Source of the DNA: an uncultured Candidatus Saccharibacteria bacterium
GTDB taxonomy: Bacteria; Patescibacteriota; WWE3; UBA101185; 2-01-FULL-41-18
NCBI GenBank assembly: GCA_964636285.1
Contig: CAZWQF010000001.1
Location: 76,908 to 140,907, forward strand
Reading direction: 5' to 3'
DNA: 64,000 nt
Under the pieces are notes generated by a model, which saw nothing but the letters and a program-made list of their open reading frames with translations, was not told the DNA's origin and made no database searches. This document shows, one piece after another, positions 1-8,679 of this stretch; position 1 is the first letter of the stretch; each line of letters begins with the position of its first letter. The translations under genes and the position numbers were made by a program.

Positions 1-1169
1 CAATCCTTAAATTCCATGTTGAGAGAGATGCTGACTTTGATAAGCAGATAGATATTAGGGATGTTTCAAAGGAGGGGCTTAGAGTTAATAGAAACCAAAA
101 AAAGAAGAATAGAATTTTGGCTTTGGTTGGGATGGTTGTGCTTGTATTAGCTTTAATAACTTCTTCCTACTTTGCATTTAGAAAAAACGATCAAGTCTCC
201 AAAAAAGAGGCCACACAAATTGCAGTTTCAAAATCAAAATCTGCAATTGATGAGGCTTCAAAACTTATAGGCACCGATGATGATAAAGCTAGAGCCCTTC
301 TAGCTGAAGCTAAAAAAGAGCTTGAGACTGCAAAAGCAGGCTTTTCAACTGCTGAGGTTGACGAGCTTTTAGCAAAAAGTAGCCAGAAACTAGATGAAGT
401 AAATAAGGTTAAAAAGCCTTCGGAAGACTCAGATGTTTTGTATGATTTTAGAGTAGAAGATAAAGACGCAAGCCCTTCGGAAATTGCCCTTTCCTCGGAC
501 TCAACAATTTTGGCGGTGGATTACTCAAGAAGTAAATTCTATAAATTTGCTTTTGGCGGGGCTGCAAGTGCATCCATTTTGGAGGCAACTCAAGCTGCAA
601 AACCAAAGTTTTTAAATGCTACTGAAAGTGGAGCTGTCTTTATGGGAGAAGATTATTTTTACAGTTTTGATGGTGGAAATAATAAGTTCTCAAGGCTAGA
701 AAAAAAGCCCGAGTTTTCACAAGCTGACGCTCTTGCTGCTTCTTCGTATATTGGAAATACTTATGCAATTGTTAAAAACACTATTCTAAAAAACAACACC
801 GAATGGTCGGGTACAGACTCTGCTTTGTCAGACTCAATTTCAATGACTGTGGATGGGGACATTTATATTCTTACAAAATCGGGGAGTGTCATTAAATACA
901 ATTCGGGAGTTAAAAAGACATTTGAGATTAAGGGTTTAGAAGTTGCCATGAAAGATCCAGTTCAGATTATTACGTCTCCTGATTTTAAGAATTTATATGT
1001 ACTTGATAAGGGAAATTCTAGGGTTGTAGCTATCAATAAAGAGGGTAAGCTCTCCGCCCAATACCCATTAAAAGGGGATTCTCAGGACTATAGAAGCATA
1101 ACAGTCACAAAAGACGAGAAAACTCTTTATGTACTTTCAGGCTCAAAACTATACAAAATCTCCCTCTAA
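1..1169 (+). CDS. Membrane-anchored protein with helical stalk and C-terminal NHL/TolB-like beta-propeller; 5'-truncated by window edge
   Basis: Frame of ORF 117..1169 is open back to position 3; one TM segment, then propeller-like repeats (LYVLDKGNSRVVAINKEGK, LYVLSGSKLYKI). Confidence 0.6.
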   Translation, partial: ILKFHVERDADFDKQIDIRDVSKEGLRVNRNQKKKNRILALVGMVVLVLALITSSYFAFRKNDQVSKKEATQIAVSKSKSAIDEASKLIGTDDDKARALLAEAKKELETAKAGFSTAEVDELLAKSSQKLDEVNKVKKPSEDSDVLYDFRVEDKDASPSEIALSSDSTILAVDYSRSKFYKFAFGGAASASILEATQAAKPKFLNATESGAVFMGEDYFYSFDGGNNKFSRLEKKPEFSQADALAASSYIGNTYAIVKNTILKNNTEWSGTDSALSDSISMTVDGDIYILTKSGSVIKYNSGVKKTFEIKGLEVAMKDPVQIITSPDFKNLYVLDKGNSRVVAINKEGKLSAQYPLKGDSQDYRSITVTKDEKTLYVLSGSKLYKISL

Positions 1170-1188
1170 TGTTACAATATAGATTAGT

Positions 1189-1650
1189 ATGGCAAGTTTG
1201 GCTTTCAACAGAAAAGCGCTTCATGAGTATGAAGTTGTAGATAAATATAAGGCAGGAGTAGTGCTTTACGGGCATGAAGTTAAGGCAGTGAGAGAGGGAA
1301 ACGCAAACTTTGTTGATAGCTATGTTAAATTTATTGATAACAAGCCAGTCATACTAAATCTACATATAGGTAGATACTCAAGACAAAGTGCTACAATTGG
1401 AGATCATGAGGAGACTAGAACCAGGCAACTTCTTTTAAATAAAAAGGAGATTGGACATCTTTTATCAAAGGTCAAAGAAAAAGGCCTTTCGATAGTACCT
1501 TTACAATTTATAACCGAACATGGACTGATTAAGCTTGAAATAGCTCTTGCAAAGGGAAAGCAGAATATAGATAAAAAGAAAGCGTTAAAAGATAAACAAC
1601 AAGAAAGAGAACTTAGGAAAGAGGAGAAAGAGCTAAGAAAATCTATTTAA
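1189..1650 (+). CDS. smpB: SsrA-binding protein SmpB
   Basis: NRKALHEY, AGVVLYGHEVKAVR, RQLLLNKKEI, KLEIALAKGK motifs; directly upstream of tmRNA. Confidence 0.97.
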   Translation: MASLAFNRKALHEYEVVDKYKAGVVLYGHEVKAVREGNANFVDSYVKFIDNKPVILNLHIGRYSRQSATIGDHEETRTRQLLLNKKEIGHLLSKVKEKGLSIVPLQFITEHGLIKLEIALAKGKQNIDKKKALKDKQQERELRKEEKELRKSI

Positions 1651-1653
1651 TAT

Positions 1654-2041
1654 GGGGATGCCAGGCTTTGATTAGAAGACCTTATGTTTGAGAGGCAGAT
1701 CAAGATGCTGATTCTTGTAAAACACAGCAAAACTACAAATGCCGAAGAAGCAGATGTATACGCACCGGTTTACGCCAGTGTAGCAGCCTAATTTATTAGA
1801 TTGCGGTTCTTATGACTCTTTCCTAGGTGAGATATAAGAGCTTTATTAAACTAGGGTGCGGGGTTTTTGTTTGAAAGGCCAGAAGCTCCAAGTGGTAAAG
1901 AGCCACAAACAATTACTTTCTTGAAAGGGTTTAGAAGGAATGTCTAGTCCTTCACCTTTGACAACTAACTTAGACTAAATCTGTAATCCCTTTTAGATAT
2001 GAACTTTTAAGACGAGGGTTCAACTCCCTCCATCTCCACCA
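1654..2041 (+). ncRNA. ssrA: tmRNA; tag reading frame 1741..1791 encodes (A)AEEADVYAPVYASVAA*
   Basis: 5' GGGGATG pairs with 3' CATCTCC-ACCA with a G3:U wobble; T-arm GAGGGTTCAACTCCCTC; resume GCC codon; tag ends in AA. Confidence 0.95.
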
Positions 2042-2240
2042 TAAAATCACAACCTAATTTAATTGGTTACCCCAAAAGTACGATAAGCGTGCTTGAATAT
2101 TATTTTCATACTTATTCTCGAGTAATAAAAATAATTCCCAAACAAATACATGTAACCTATAGTTTCTTATTTTTCGAATATACGGTATCATTACGACACA
2201 AAATCACTGTGAGTTCGCACCTAAAGATGGAGGGATTGAC

Positions 2241-2933
2241 ATGCAGACCTTTGTAATCGGGATTGTGAACATCATGACTTGGGGGCCTTTGATTTGGTTC
2301 TTTGTCATGTTTGGTCCTCTTCAGCGCTCTTTGCTTGGCGGGCTTATTGGCCTCTTCACAAAGAAAAAGGAACTAAAGATTAGAATCGGGAGCACCAAAA
2401 TCAAGCGATTGCTTGGGCTGGTAGTCTTGAACTATGTAATAAGCTTCATTGGGGTGTGGCTGACTTCCATCCTGTTGAAGTACCTTAATGCTCCCACAAT
2501 CCCAGGCAATACAGGTGGCGTTTTGGCTCGAATTGAGGAGCTTGGGATCGGAATGGTCGAGTATTACTGGAGGTTGTTCTATCTGACAGCGCTGCGTGAG
2601 GAGATGATCTACCGCATAGTTCCGTTCCTGATCTTTTACCTTATTGTCAGGGTGTTTTTCTGGCAATACAAAGACGGTATGGCGGTTAGGGTTTCTCGGA
2701 TTGCGGTGCTTGTCCTAAGCTCCCTAATCTTTTCCATCGCACACTTAAGTCCAGATATTTCCCATGTGGCTACTACCTCCCTGCTCGTAGTCCTGCACTT
2801 TCTTTCTGGGCTCGTCTTCTGGTACACAATGGAGGAGGAAGGGGTTGTTTCTGTAGTAGCAGTTCACTACATTTACGATGTGTACGTGTTTGGAATTTCT
2901 CTGCTGATGGAAACTTTCCTGATCGGTGCCTAG
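2241..2933 (+). CDS. CPBP (CAAX/Abi) family intramembrane glutamic endopeptidase
   Basis: Multi-TM protein with REEMIYR, FSIAH and AVHYIYD motifs; SD GGAGG. Confidence 0.8.
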   Translation: MQTFVIGIVNIMTWGPLIWFFVMFGPLQRSLLGGLIGLFTKKKELKIRIGSTKIKRLLGLVVLNYVISFIGVWLTSILLKYLNAPTIPGNTGGVLARIEELGIGMVEYYWRLFYLTALREEMIYRIVPFLIFYLIVRVFFWQYKDGMAVRVSRIAVLVLSSLIFSIAHLSPDISHVATTSLLVVLHFLSGLVFWYTMEEEGVVSVVAVHYIYDVYVFGISLLMETFLIGA

Positions 2934-2943
2934 CAAGATGCAT

Positions 2944-2998
2944 GGCGGGCGCAGTCACATAGCTTTTTAGCTGACTGCGCTCGCCTCTTCTGTTTTCT
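2944..2998 (+). terminator. Long-stem intrinsic terminator / 3' hairpin
   Basis: GGCGGGCGCAGTCA (2944-2957) pairs with TGACTGCGCTCGCC (2972-2985), followed by a T-rich tract. Confidence 0.8.
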
Positions 2999-3031
2999 GT
3001 GACATTCTTTTACTCGTGATATCATAAATTT

Positions 3032-3493
3032 ATGAAGTACAATCCTTCTGGTGTTGGAGAAATAATCCTTGAAAATATAATTCTTGATCTAAACGGCACG
3101 CTTGCGGTTAACGGAGAACTTGTATCTGGTGTCCCAGAAAAAATTAGTATCCTTAAAAATCTTGGATTTAAAATATTTCTCTTTACGGGAGATCAAAGAG
3201 GTAATGCGTCTCTGCTTGCAGAAAGTCTTGGAATAGAGGTTAAAAAAGCTCTTTCGTCCGATCAAAAAGAAATGCTTACAAGGGAACTTGACATTGAAAG
3301 AACAGTTGCAATTGGGAATGCCAGAATTGATATCGGTACTTTTAAACCCTGTAAATTAAGAATTGCCACTCTACAGTCTGAAGGGATTCACTCAGAAATT
3401 TTGAAACACATAGATATTATTGTGCCATCGATAATAGACGCATTTAATCTTTTAATTGATCCTAATATTTTTAATGCAACAATGAGAAAATAA
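3032..3493 (+). CDS. HAD-superfamily hydrolase (soluble P-type ATPase-like)
   Basis: DLNGTL motif I, LFTGD motif II, AIGNARID motif IV. Confidence 0.8.
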   Translation: MKYNPSGVGEIILENIILDLNGTLAVNGELVSGVPEKISILKNLGFKIFLFTGDQRGNASLLAESLGIEVKKALSSDQKEMLTRELDIERTVAIGNARIDIGTFKPCKLRIATLQSEGIHSEILKHIDIIVPSIIDAFNLLIDPNIFNATMRK

Positions 3494-3499
3494 GATATG

Positions 3500-3786
3500 G
3501 GTGAAGCCACTTTGTGGGGCCCTCGCTCGAGCATATAATTACACTATTTCCAAATCTAGTGTCTACAACATTTCCCCCCCCCATTCTTCAATGGAATTCT
3601 TTTCTCACTACAATACCGTCAAGGGAAGCGTACACTTCTGTTCCAGCAGGTAAGCTAGGTCTACTCCTGGGTGCTTGTTGTCAAAAAACGTATAAAAGTT
3701 TTTCTGCCCAGGTGGTTAGAATTATCAAAACCAGGGGGGCTGGTTAATTTTATAGTTTGTACTTACCGGATGATTTAATATCACAT
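3500..3786 (-). pseudogene. Frameshifted M23-family peptidase remnant
   Basis: Minus-strand fragments in different frames: ILNHPVSTNYKINQP, FYTFFDNKHPGVD (HxxxD), LPAGTEVYASLDGIV; several frameshifts and a stop; boundaries approximate. Confidence 0.65.
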
Positions 3787-3837
3787 ACGAGTTATGTAGA
3801 GATGATCGTATTGTTGCTTAGTAGAAAATATAAAGCA

Positions 3838-3886
3838 AAACGGGCACCCTCCAAATCTAAAAATCTGATCTGATGAGTGCCCGTTT
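3838..3886 (-). terminator. Large-loop 3' hairpin / terminator
   Basis: AAACGGGCAC (3838-3847) / GTGCCCGTTT (3877-3886); U-rich tail on the minus strand. Confidence 0.75.
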
Positions 3887-3907
3887 CTTTTGCTGCGTGG
3901 TTGCTGC

Positions 3908-4462
3908 TCAGCTCCGCCAGGTTACTATTGCGTTGATGGCGTTGTTGAGCACACTGTACTTTTTGGAGAAGTGTAGGTTGCTCGCCTGCATTGCTGGTCC
4001 CCTTGGCCTTTCAGGATCGAACAACAATTTCTCCACCACAATCTTTTTTGTGCAAAGAGCTTGTAGAACCTGAATAGGTCCCAGTCTCGCGAGCCCCATT
4101 GCTTCCGTTGTGGTCAGGGATAAGGCGGCTTCCAGTAACGGTCCGATTGTGGAAGGATTGTAAGCATCGGGGTTGAACTCTCCGCCATTTGCTTCACAAA
4201 GTCTCTCCAGGATGGTGTGGAAATCGCGCCATCATGCATTCCAGTTGTATGGCTCTGAAATGAGGTGCTGCACCATGTGTGGGGATTGGTACACGACCTC
4301 ATTCGAGTACATGCCTGAAGTAGCCAGCTCAGCCATCTTCTGGACTACCTTTTCGATCTGCTGAAAGGTGGTGAGAAGCATTTCGTACTTCCCATGCCTC
4401 GCCTCCAGGATCGCAACTGGCGATCGAGTCGCTTCTGAAAAGAAGAAGTACTGCGTATTCAT
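3908..4462 (-). pseudogene. Orphan gene of 185 codons interrupted by one in-frame TGA (4232-4234)
   Basis: ORFs 4232..4462 and 3908..4099 share one frame with no other stop between them; promoter TTGAAA-17-TATAAT (4530..4502), SD AAGGGG, 3' hairpin. Confidence 0.7.
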
Positions 4463-4582
4463 GTTTCCCCTTTCGTGGGTGTGTTAGGTTTGCTTTCACG
4501 TATTATAATATACTATAGGGTATATTTCAAATTAGTCCAAATTCGCCAAATTTATCAACGATTTGTGATGTAGAATATTTAC

Positions 4583-4906
4583 ATGCTGAGGGATAATCCA
4601 ATAATTCAAAAGCTCATATCACTAGATTTACCAAAAGATGATTTTGCAGTTTTTGGAAGTGGTCCAATGTTTGCTCACGGGATTAAAGATTTAGGTCATG
4701 ATCTTGATGTTGTTTTTGATGTAGATACTTGGCCAATGATAGATCCATTTTTGGAAATTGAAGGTCCAGATGACAATTCAGTAAAAGAATATTTTCAAAA
4801 ATTGGGTTTTGACTTTAATAAAGCTGTTTTTGGATCTTCAGATGTACTTTATAAGGACTTATATAATATAGACATTCTTAAGATGCCTAAACTCACATTT
4901 AATTGA
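4583..4906 (+). pseudogene. Probable deletion-fusion: nucleotidyltransferase-like N-terminus joined to a CYTH/CyaB-like C-terminus
   Basis: FGSGPM..HGIKD..DLDVV followed abruptly by FDVDTWP..PFLEIEG..LGF. Confidence 0.5.
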
Positions 4907-4925
4907 TTCCAAAATTTGTTTAGCT

Positions 4926-5648
4926 TTATCTTTCACAGATAAATAGCTCAGTCTTTGCGTATTCAAAAAACACTTTTCTTTCTACCTTAAAACCTCTTGC
5001 AACAAGATGCCTGTAAAGCACATCTGGCGTGTGTGTCTTTGGTGCTGACTTTAAAGTATGTGCTTCAACAATTATCTTTCTAATCTTATCTACAGTAGAC
5101 TTTTTCAACCCGTACAAAATCTCGTACTCAGAGCCTTCGTAATCAATCTTTAAAAAATCTATTGTCTTTAATCCATGCCTCTCAATTTGGTCTTCCAAAA
5201 TCACCGAATCCATAGCAACTGCCCTTTTATCAACCTTGTTAAGTTTTAGGTTTTTATTTAATTGCGCAAAGTTTTGTGGCTCCGGCTCGTACGAATAAAT
5301 AACTCCATTCGGATTTCTTCTAAGCCAAGCAACAGAAAAAGCCCCTATATTTGCTCCAATATCTATTGCAACAGTTTTTTCCTTTGATCTATTTATTCTA
5401 TATTCGTTTGAAATAAAGACTTTATTGGCTACGGCCACATCACCAGTTTTTGGCCGAATTAAAAAGCTTCCATATCCCCAGGTTTTTAAAACATAGTCTT
5501 TAATAAACGAAGGGTACAGATAATCCAAAAACATGTCCCACCAGTTTATATAAGTCAGAAGGCTTTGAAGCGCCCAGTTTTTGACAAAATATTTTGCTTT
5601 CTGCGTTGTTATTGCAGATTCGTTTGCATGAGGAGAGTTTTTAGGCAT
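4926..5648 (-). CDS. FkbM-family SAM-dependent methyltransferase (internally shortened)
   Basis: IDIGANIGAFS, YEPEPQN, IDFLKIDYEGSE, IVEAH. Confidence 0.85.
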   Translation of the reverse strand: MPKNSPHANESAITTQKAKYFVKNWALQSLLTYINWWDMFLDYLYPSFIKDYVLKTWGYGSFLIRPKTGDVAVANKVFISNEYRINRSKEKTVAIDIGANIGAFSVAWLRRNPNGVIYSYEPEPQNFAQLNKNLKLNKVDKRAVAMDSVILEDQIERHGLKTIDFLKIDYEGSEYEILYGLKKSTVDKIRKIIVEAHTLKSAPKTHTPDVLYRHLVARGFKVERKVFFEYAKTELFICER

Positions 5649-5707
5649 AGTTCTATGCGAATATATATTTATTTTTATTGAGTGTAAAGAAAAGTAATTT
5701 GAAAGAA

Positions 5708-5740
5708 GCCCCTAGCCGATCTATACAATCGGCCAGGGGC
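5708..5740 (-). terminator. Intrinsic terminator
   Basis: GCCCCTAGCCGAT / ATCGGCCAGGGGC; the A-C mismatch is G-U on the minus (sense) strand; UUCUUUC tail. Confidence 0.8.
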
Positions 5741-5764
5741 CCTGCTTGCATGTGAGTCCCTTGT

Positions 5765-5992
5765 TTAAGGTGTAACACTTACTACAGCCAGGTTGTAGTG
5801 AGCTATGAGCTGTCTTACAAGTACTTCGTACTGGATCTTTTTCAGCTCGATCTCAAAGGTTTGGTCTCTTGAAATGACTGGAGCTTTGTTAGGTCTTTCA
5901 ACAATCTTTGCCCCACTTAGTCTGGACAGTTCCTGTTGAAGCTCATCAAGCCTTGGGCTCACTCTTGTGGGTACCCTAACTAGAAATATCAC
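5765..5992 (-). CDS. Small orphan protein (75 aa, possible ferredoxin-like/ACT-like alpha-beta fold)
   Basis: SD AGGAGG before GTG; followed by terminator. Confidence 0.65.
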   Translation of the reverse strand: MIFLVRVPTRVSPRLDELQQELSRLSGAKIVERPNKAPVISRDQTFEIELKKIQYEVLVRQLIAHYNLAVVSVTP

Positions 5993-6016
5993 ATTTCCTC
6001 CTATTACCGGATTTCC

Positions 6017-6337
6017 TTACTTTGCAGATTTTTCGTCAATCCACTGTCGATACTTTTGCATGAGGTCTTCCTGCATTGCAGAGTCTTTGATTTCTGCAAT
6101 ACCTGATGCTAACTCTGTTAGTTGATCTTCCGAGGGCATTCGTTTCTGCTTTTGCAACTCCCGGATTGCCTTCTTGAACCCTTCGTTGTCCAGTTTTCTA
6201 AGCACTTCACCCAATGGGCTGGTGTCTTTATTATGCTTACGCACATTATTAAAGTGTCTTATGTAAGCAGTTGGAAGAATTACCTGAAGCGCATACTCTT
6301 TGAATTCTCGCAGGATTTGCTCATAGGTCTTGATCAT
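6017..6337 (-). CDS. Small helical orphan protein
   Basis: SD GGAGGT before ATG 6337; TAGAAT -10 upstream. Confidence 0.65.
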   Translation of the reverse strand: MIKTYEQILREFKEYALQVILPTAYIRHFNNVRKHNKDTSPLGEVLRKLDNEGFKKAIRELQKQKRMPSEDQLTELASGIAEIKDSAMQEDLMQKYRQWIDEKSAK

Positions 6338-6412
6338 GTGAACCTCCACCGATTTTGTGGGATTCTAGCCTAAAAGTTGTATTTCCACAAAACATGGGGG
6401 CATACTATCTAA

Positions 6413-7216
6413 ATGACGCAGACTATTGCAGGGGGTTTTATATCCGCACTGATAATTTTGTTTTTCCTTGCATTTTCTGTTTGGCTTTATGGAGTCTATA
6501 TAAATAACCAATTTTCTGTTCCGAATGCAGATCTTTCCAAATACAAAAAAGTTTTAGTTATATATCCTCACCCTGACGATGAAGCTTTTACAACTGGTGG
6601 GACCATCCAGCAGTTTAAAGCCCTTGGCGCAAATGTGACACTTTGCATTCTCACAAAAGGCGAAAAAGGAACAGACAACGCTTCCTTAAGCCAGCAGCTA
6701 AAAGAAATTCGAACAAAAGAGCTTGAAACGTCAGCAAAATTTCTTGGAGTTGATACTCTTATTCTTGAAGATTTTGGAGATGGGGAGCTTTCTAACAAAA
6801 AGACTGAAGTGGATCTATTTTTACACAATATTTTATCAGAGCAAAAACCTGATCTTGTAATTACTTATGATACTTCTGGGCTTTATGGGCATCCTGATCA
6901 CATAACTCTATCAGAGATTGTTACAAATCAGGTTGCACAGTATCCCCATACAAAACTCTGGTATGCTTCGTTTCCTAAAAGGCTTTATGAAAAGCTAGGT
7001 CTTCCAGAGCACATGGCAACTGACCCTTCTTTTAAAGACAAAAGAAATTATCCAAATATAAAAGTTTTTACAGCTCCTTTTATCTCAAGCAAAATGCAGG
7101 CAATTTACAGTCATAAAAGCCAACTCCCTTCGTTTGTAAAAGGACTTCCAGTAAAACAGCTTCCGCTTTGGTTTTATTACTCCATGCCCCTATACGAATT
7201 TTTCTACGAGGTTTAG
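6413..7216 (+). CDS. PIG-L/LmbE family N-acetylglucosaminyl deacetylase with N-terminal TM
   Basis: PHPDDE, TKGEKG, RTKE, YGHPDH, HKSQ. Confidence 0.9.
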   Translation: MTQTIAGGFISALIILFFLAFSVWLYGVYINNQFSVPNADLSKYKKVLVIYPHPDDEAFTTGGTIQQFKALGANVTLCILTKGEKGTDNASLSQQLKEIRTKELETSAKFLGVDTLILEDFGDGELSNKKTEVDLFLHNILSEQKPDLVITYDTSGLYGHPDHITLSEIVTNQVAQYPHTKLWYASFPKRLYEKLGLPEHMATDPSFKDKRNYPNIKVFTAPFISSKMQAIYSHKSQLPSFVKGLPVKQLPLWFYYSMPLYEFFYEV

Positions 7217-7233
7217 CCTGATATACTCAATGC

Positions 7234-8361
7234 ATGAGTTTAATCTTGGCAATTGAATCTTCATGTGACGAAACAGCTTGCGCCGTAGTAAAAGATGGGG
7301 TAGAGGTCATATCGCATACTTTGGCTTCCTCATCAGAAATGCACATGAAATGGGGAGGAGTTATCCCTGAAATTGCAGCAAGAAAACAACTTGAATCAGT
7401 AGTGCCTGTAATTGACTCATGCATGGAAAAAGCAAAGGAAAATGGTGTTACTAAAGAGGATTTAACATCAATAGCTGTTACTGCAGGACCTGGGTTGATT
7501 GGGTCATTAGTAATTGGAATTGCAGCCGCTAAAAGTCTTGCTTTAGCTTGGAACAAACCTTTAATTCCAGTAAACCATTTGGTTGGGCACATTTACGCAA
7601 ATTTTATTCAAGAACTTGATGGTACAAAGCTTCAGGACGGAAGAGTTCCGGAATTTCCCGCTATGGTAATGATAGTTAGCGGTGGGCACACTGACATTGT
7701 TGTAATGAAAAGTCATGGGGAGTTTGAGTACATAGGAGGGACGGTAGATGACGCAGCAGGGGAGGCTTTTGATAAGGCCGCAAGACTTCTTGGAATTTCG
7801 CCGTATTTAGGTGGCGTTAGGCTTTCTCAAAAAGCGAATGAATATAAGAATTCGGAATTATTTGGCAAAAGTGTAACACATCTTTTTAAGAGGCCTATGA
7901 TTGACTCAGGGGATTACGATTTTTCTTTTTCGGGCATCAAAACCGCTGTTTTAATGAAGGTTAAGGAGGAGCTTGGAATTGATGTTAAAACCAGTTTTTC
8001 TTCGTCACAAATTAAGTCTGAGGATTTATCACAAGGCTTTGTAAAAATGATTTCTTACGAGTTTGAGGAGGCGGTTACAGATGTACTATCTGAAAAACTT
8101 GTTAATGCTTCTTTTGAGTACAAAGTAAAGTCAATTTTGCTTGGTGGGGGAGTTTCGGCAAATTCGGTTTTAAGGGAAAAGGTAGCACAAAAAATTGAGC
8201 GGGTAGGCTTTGATCACAAACCGGAGCTTTTTGTTCCTCCAACTCAGCTTTGTACAGACAACGCAATTTATATTGCCTCCTGCGCACACTTTAACAACAA
8301 TCCAAAACCTCTTGAAAAGATTGACGTTATGCCGGGGCTCACCGTAATGGATAGGTTTTAG
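7234..8361 (+). CDS. tsaD: tRNA N6-threonylcarbamoyladenosine synthase TsaD
   Basis: AIESSCDET, GGVIPEIAAR, HLVGH, VSGGHT, DDAAGEAFDK, GGVSAN, TDNA. Confidence 0.96.
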   Translation: MSLILAIESSCDETACAVVKDGVEVISHTLASSSEMHMKWGGVIPEIAARKQLESVVPVIDSCMEKAKENGVTKEDLTSIAVTAGPGLIGSLVIGIAAAKSLALAWNKPLIPVNHLVGHIYANFIQELDGTKLQDGRVPEFPAMVMIVSGGHTDIVVMKSHGEFEYIGGTVDDAAGEAFDKAARLLGISPYLGGVRLSQKANEYKNSELFGKSVTHLFKRPMIDSGDYDFSFSGIKTAVLMKVKEELGIDVKTSFSSSQIKSEDLSQGFVKMISYEFEEAVTDVLSEKLVNASFEYKVKSILLGGGVSANSVLREKVAQKIERVGFDHKPELFVPPTQLCTDNAIYIASCAHFNNNPKPLEKIDVMPGLTVMDRF

Positions 8362-8386
8362 CCTGTATGGTATAAAATGGATAGAT

Positions 8387-8671
8387 ATGAAAATGAACGA
8401 AAGCTTCAAAGCGTTTGTAAAAGAAAATTGGATGCTCTTTGCGGCAGTGATTTACATACTGCTTCCCATAGATTTTATCCCAGACTTTTTGCCAGCTTTA
8501 GGTCTTACTGACGATCTTGGGGCTTTAGTTGTGGCTTTGCTTGTAAGATATGTTCAACACAGAAAAACGTTTGGAAAAACTAGCAACACCAAAAGTAAAA
8601 ATAACAACTCAGAGGGGCCGTTTAAATCAAAAACAAAAATAGTAGATGGAGAGCTTGTTGAGGAAAAATAA
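8387..8671 (+). CDS. DUF1232/YkvA family small membrane protein
   Basis: YILLPIDFIPDFLPALGLTDD signature. Confidence 0.85.
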   Translation: MKMNESFKAFVKENWMLFAAVIYILLPIDFIPDFLPALGLTDDLGALVVALLVRYVQHRKTFGKTSNTKSKNNNSEGPFKSKTKIVDGELVEEK

Positions 8672-8679
8672 AACCGATT

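Noticed and set aside
4232-4234. Genome-wide UGA recoding (code 4 or 25)
   Set aside because: Several clear genes end at TGA (21947, 28059, 57915, 61201) and long conserved genes contain no internal TGA
4506-4520. T7-like phage promoter (TAATATACTATAGGG)
   Set aside because: Lacks the CGACTCA specificity core; better explained by a sigma70 promoter plus the CCTATAG motif
6344-6350. CTCCACC matching the tmRNA 3' end as an attR repeat
   Set aside because: Only 7 bp, and it is the reverse complement of the SD (GGTGGAG) of the gene starting at 6337
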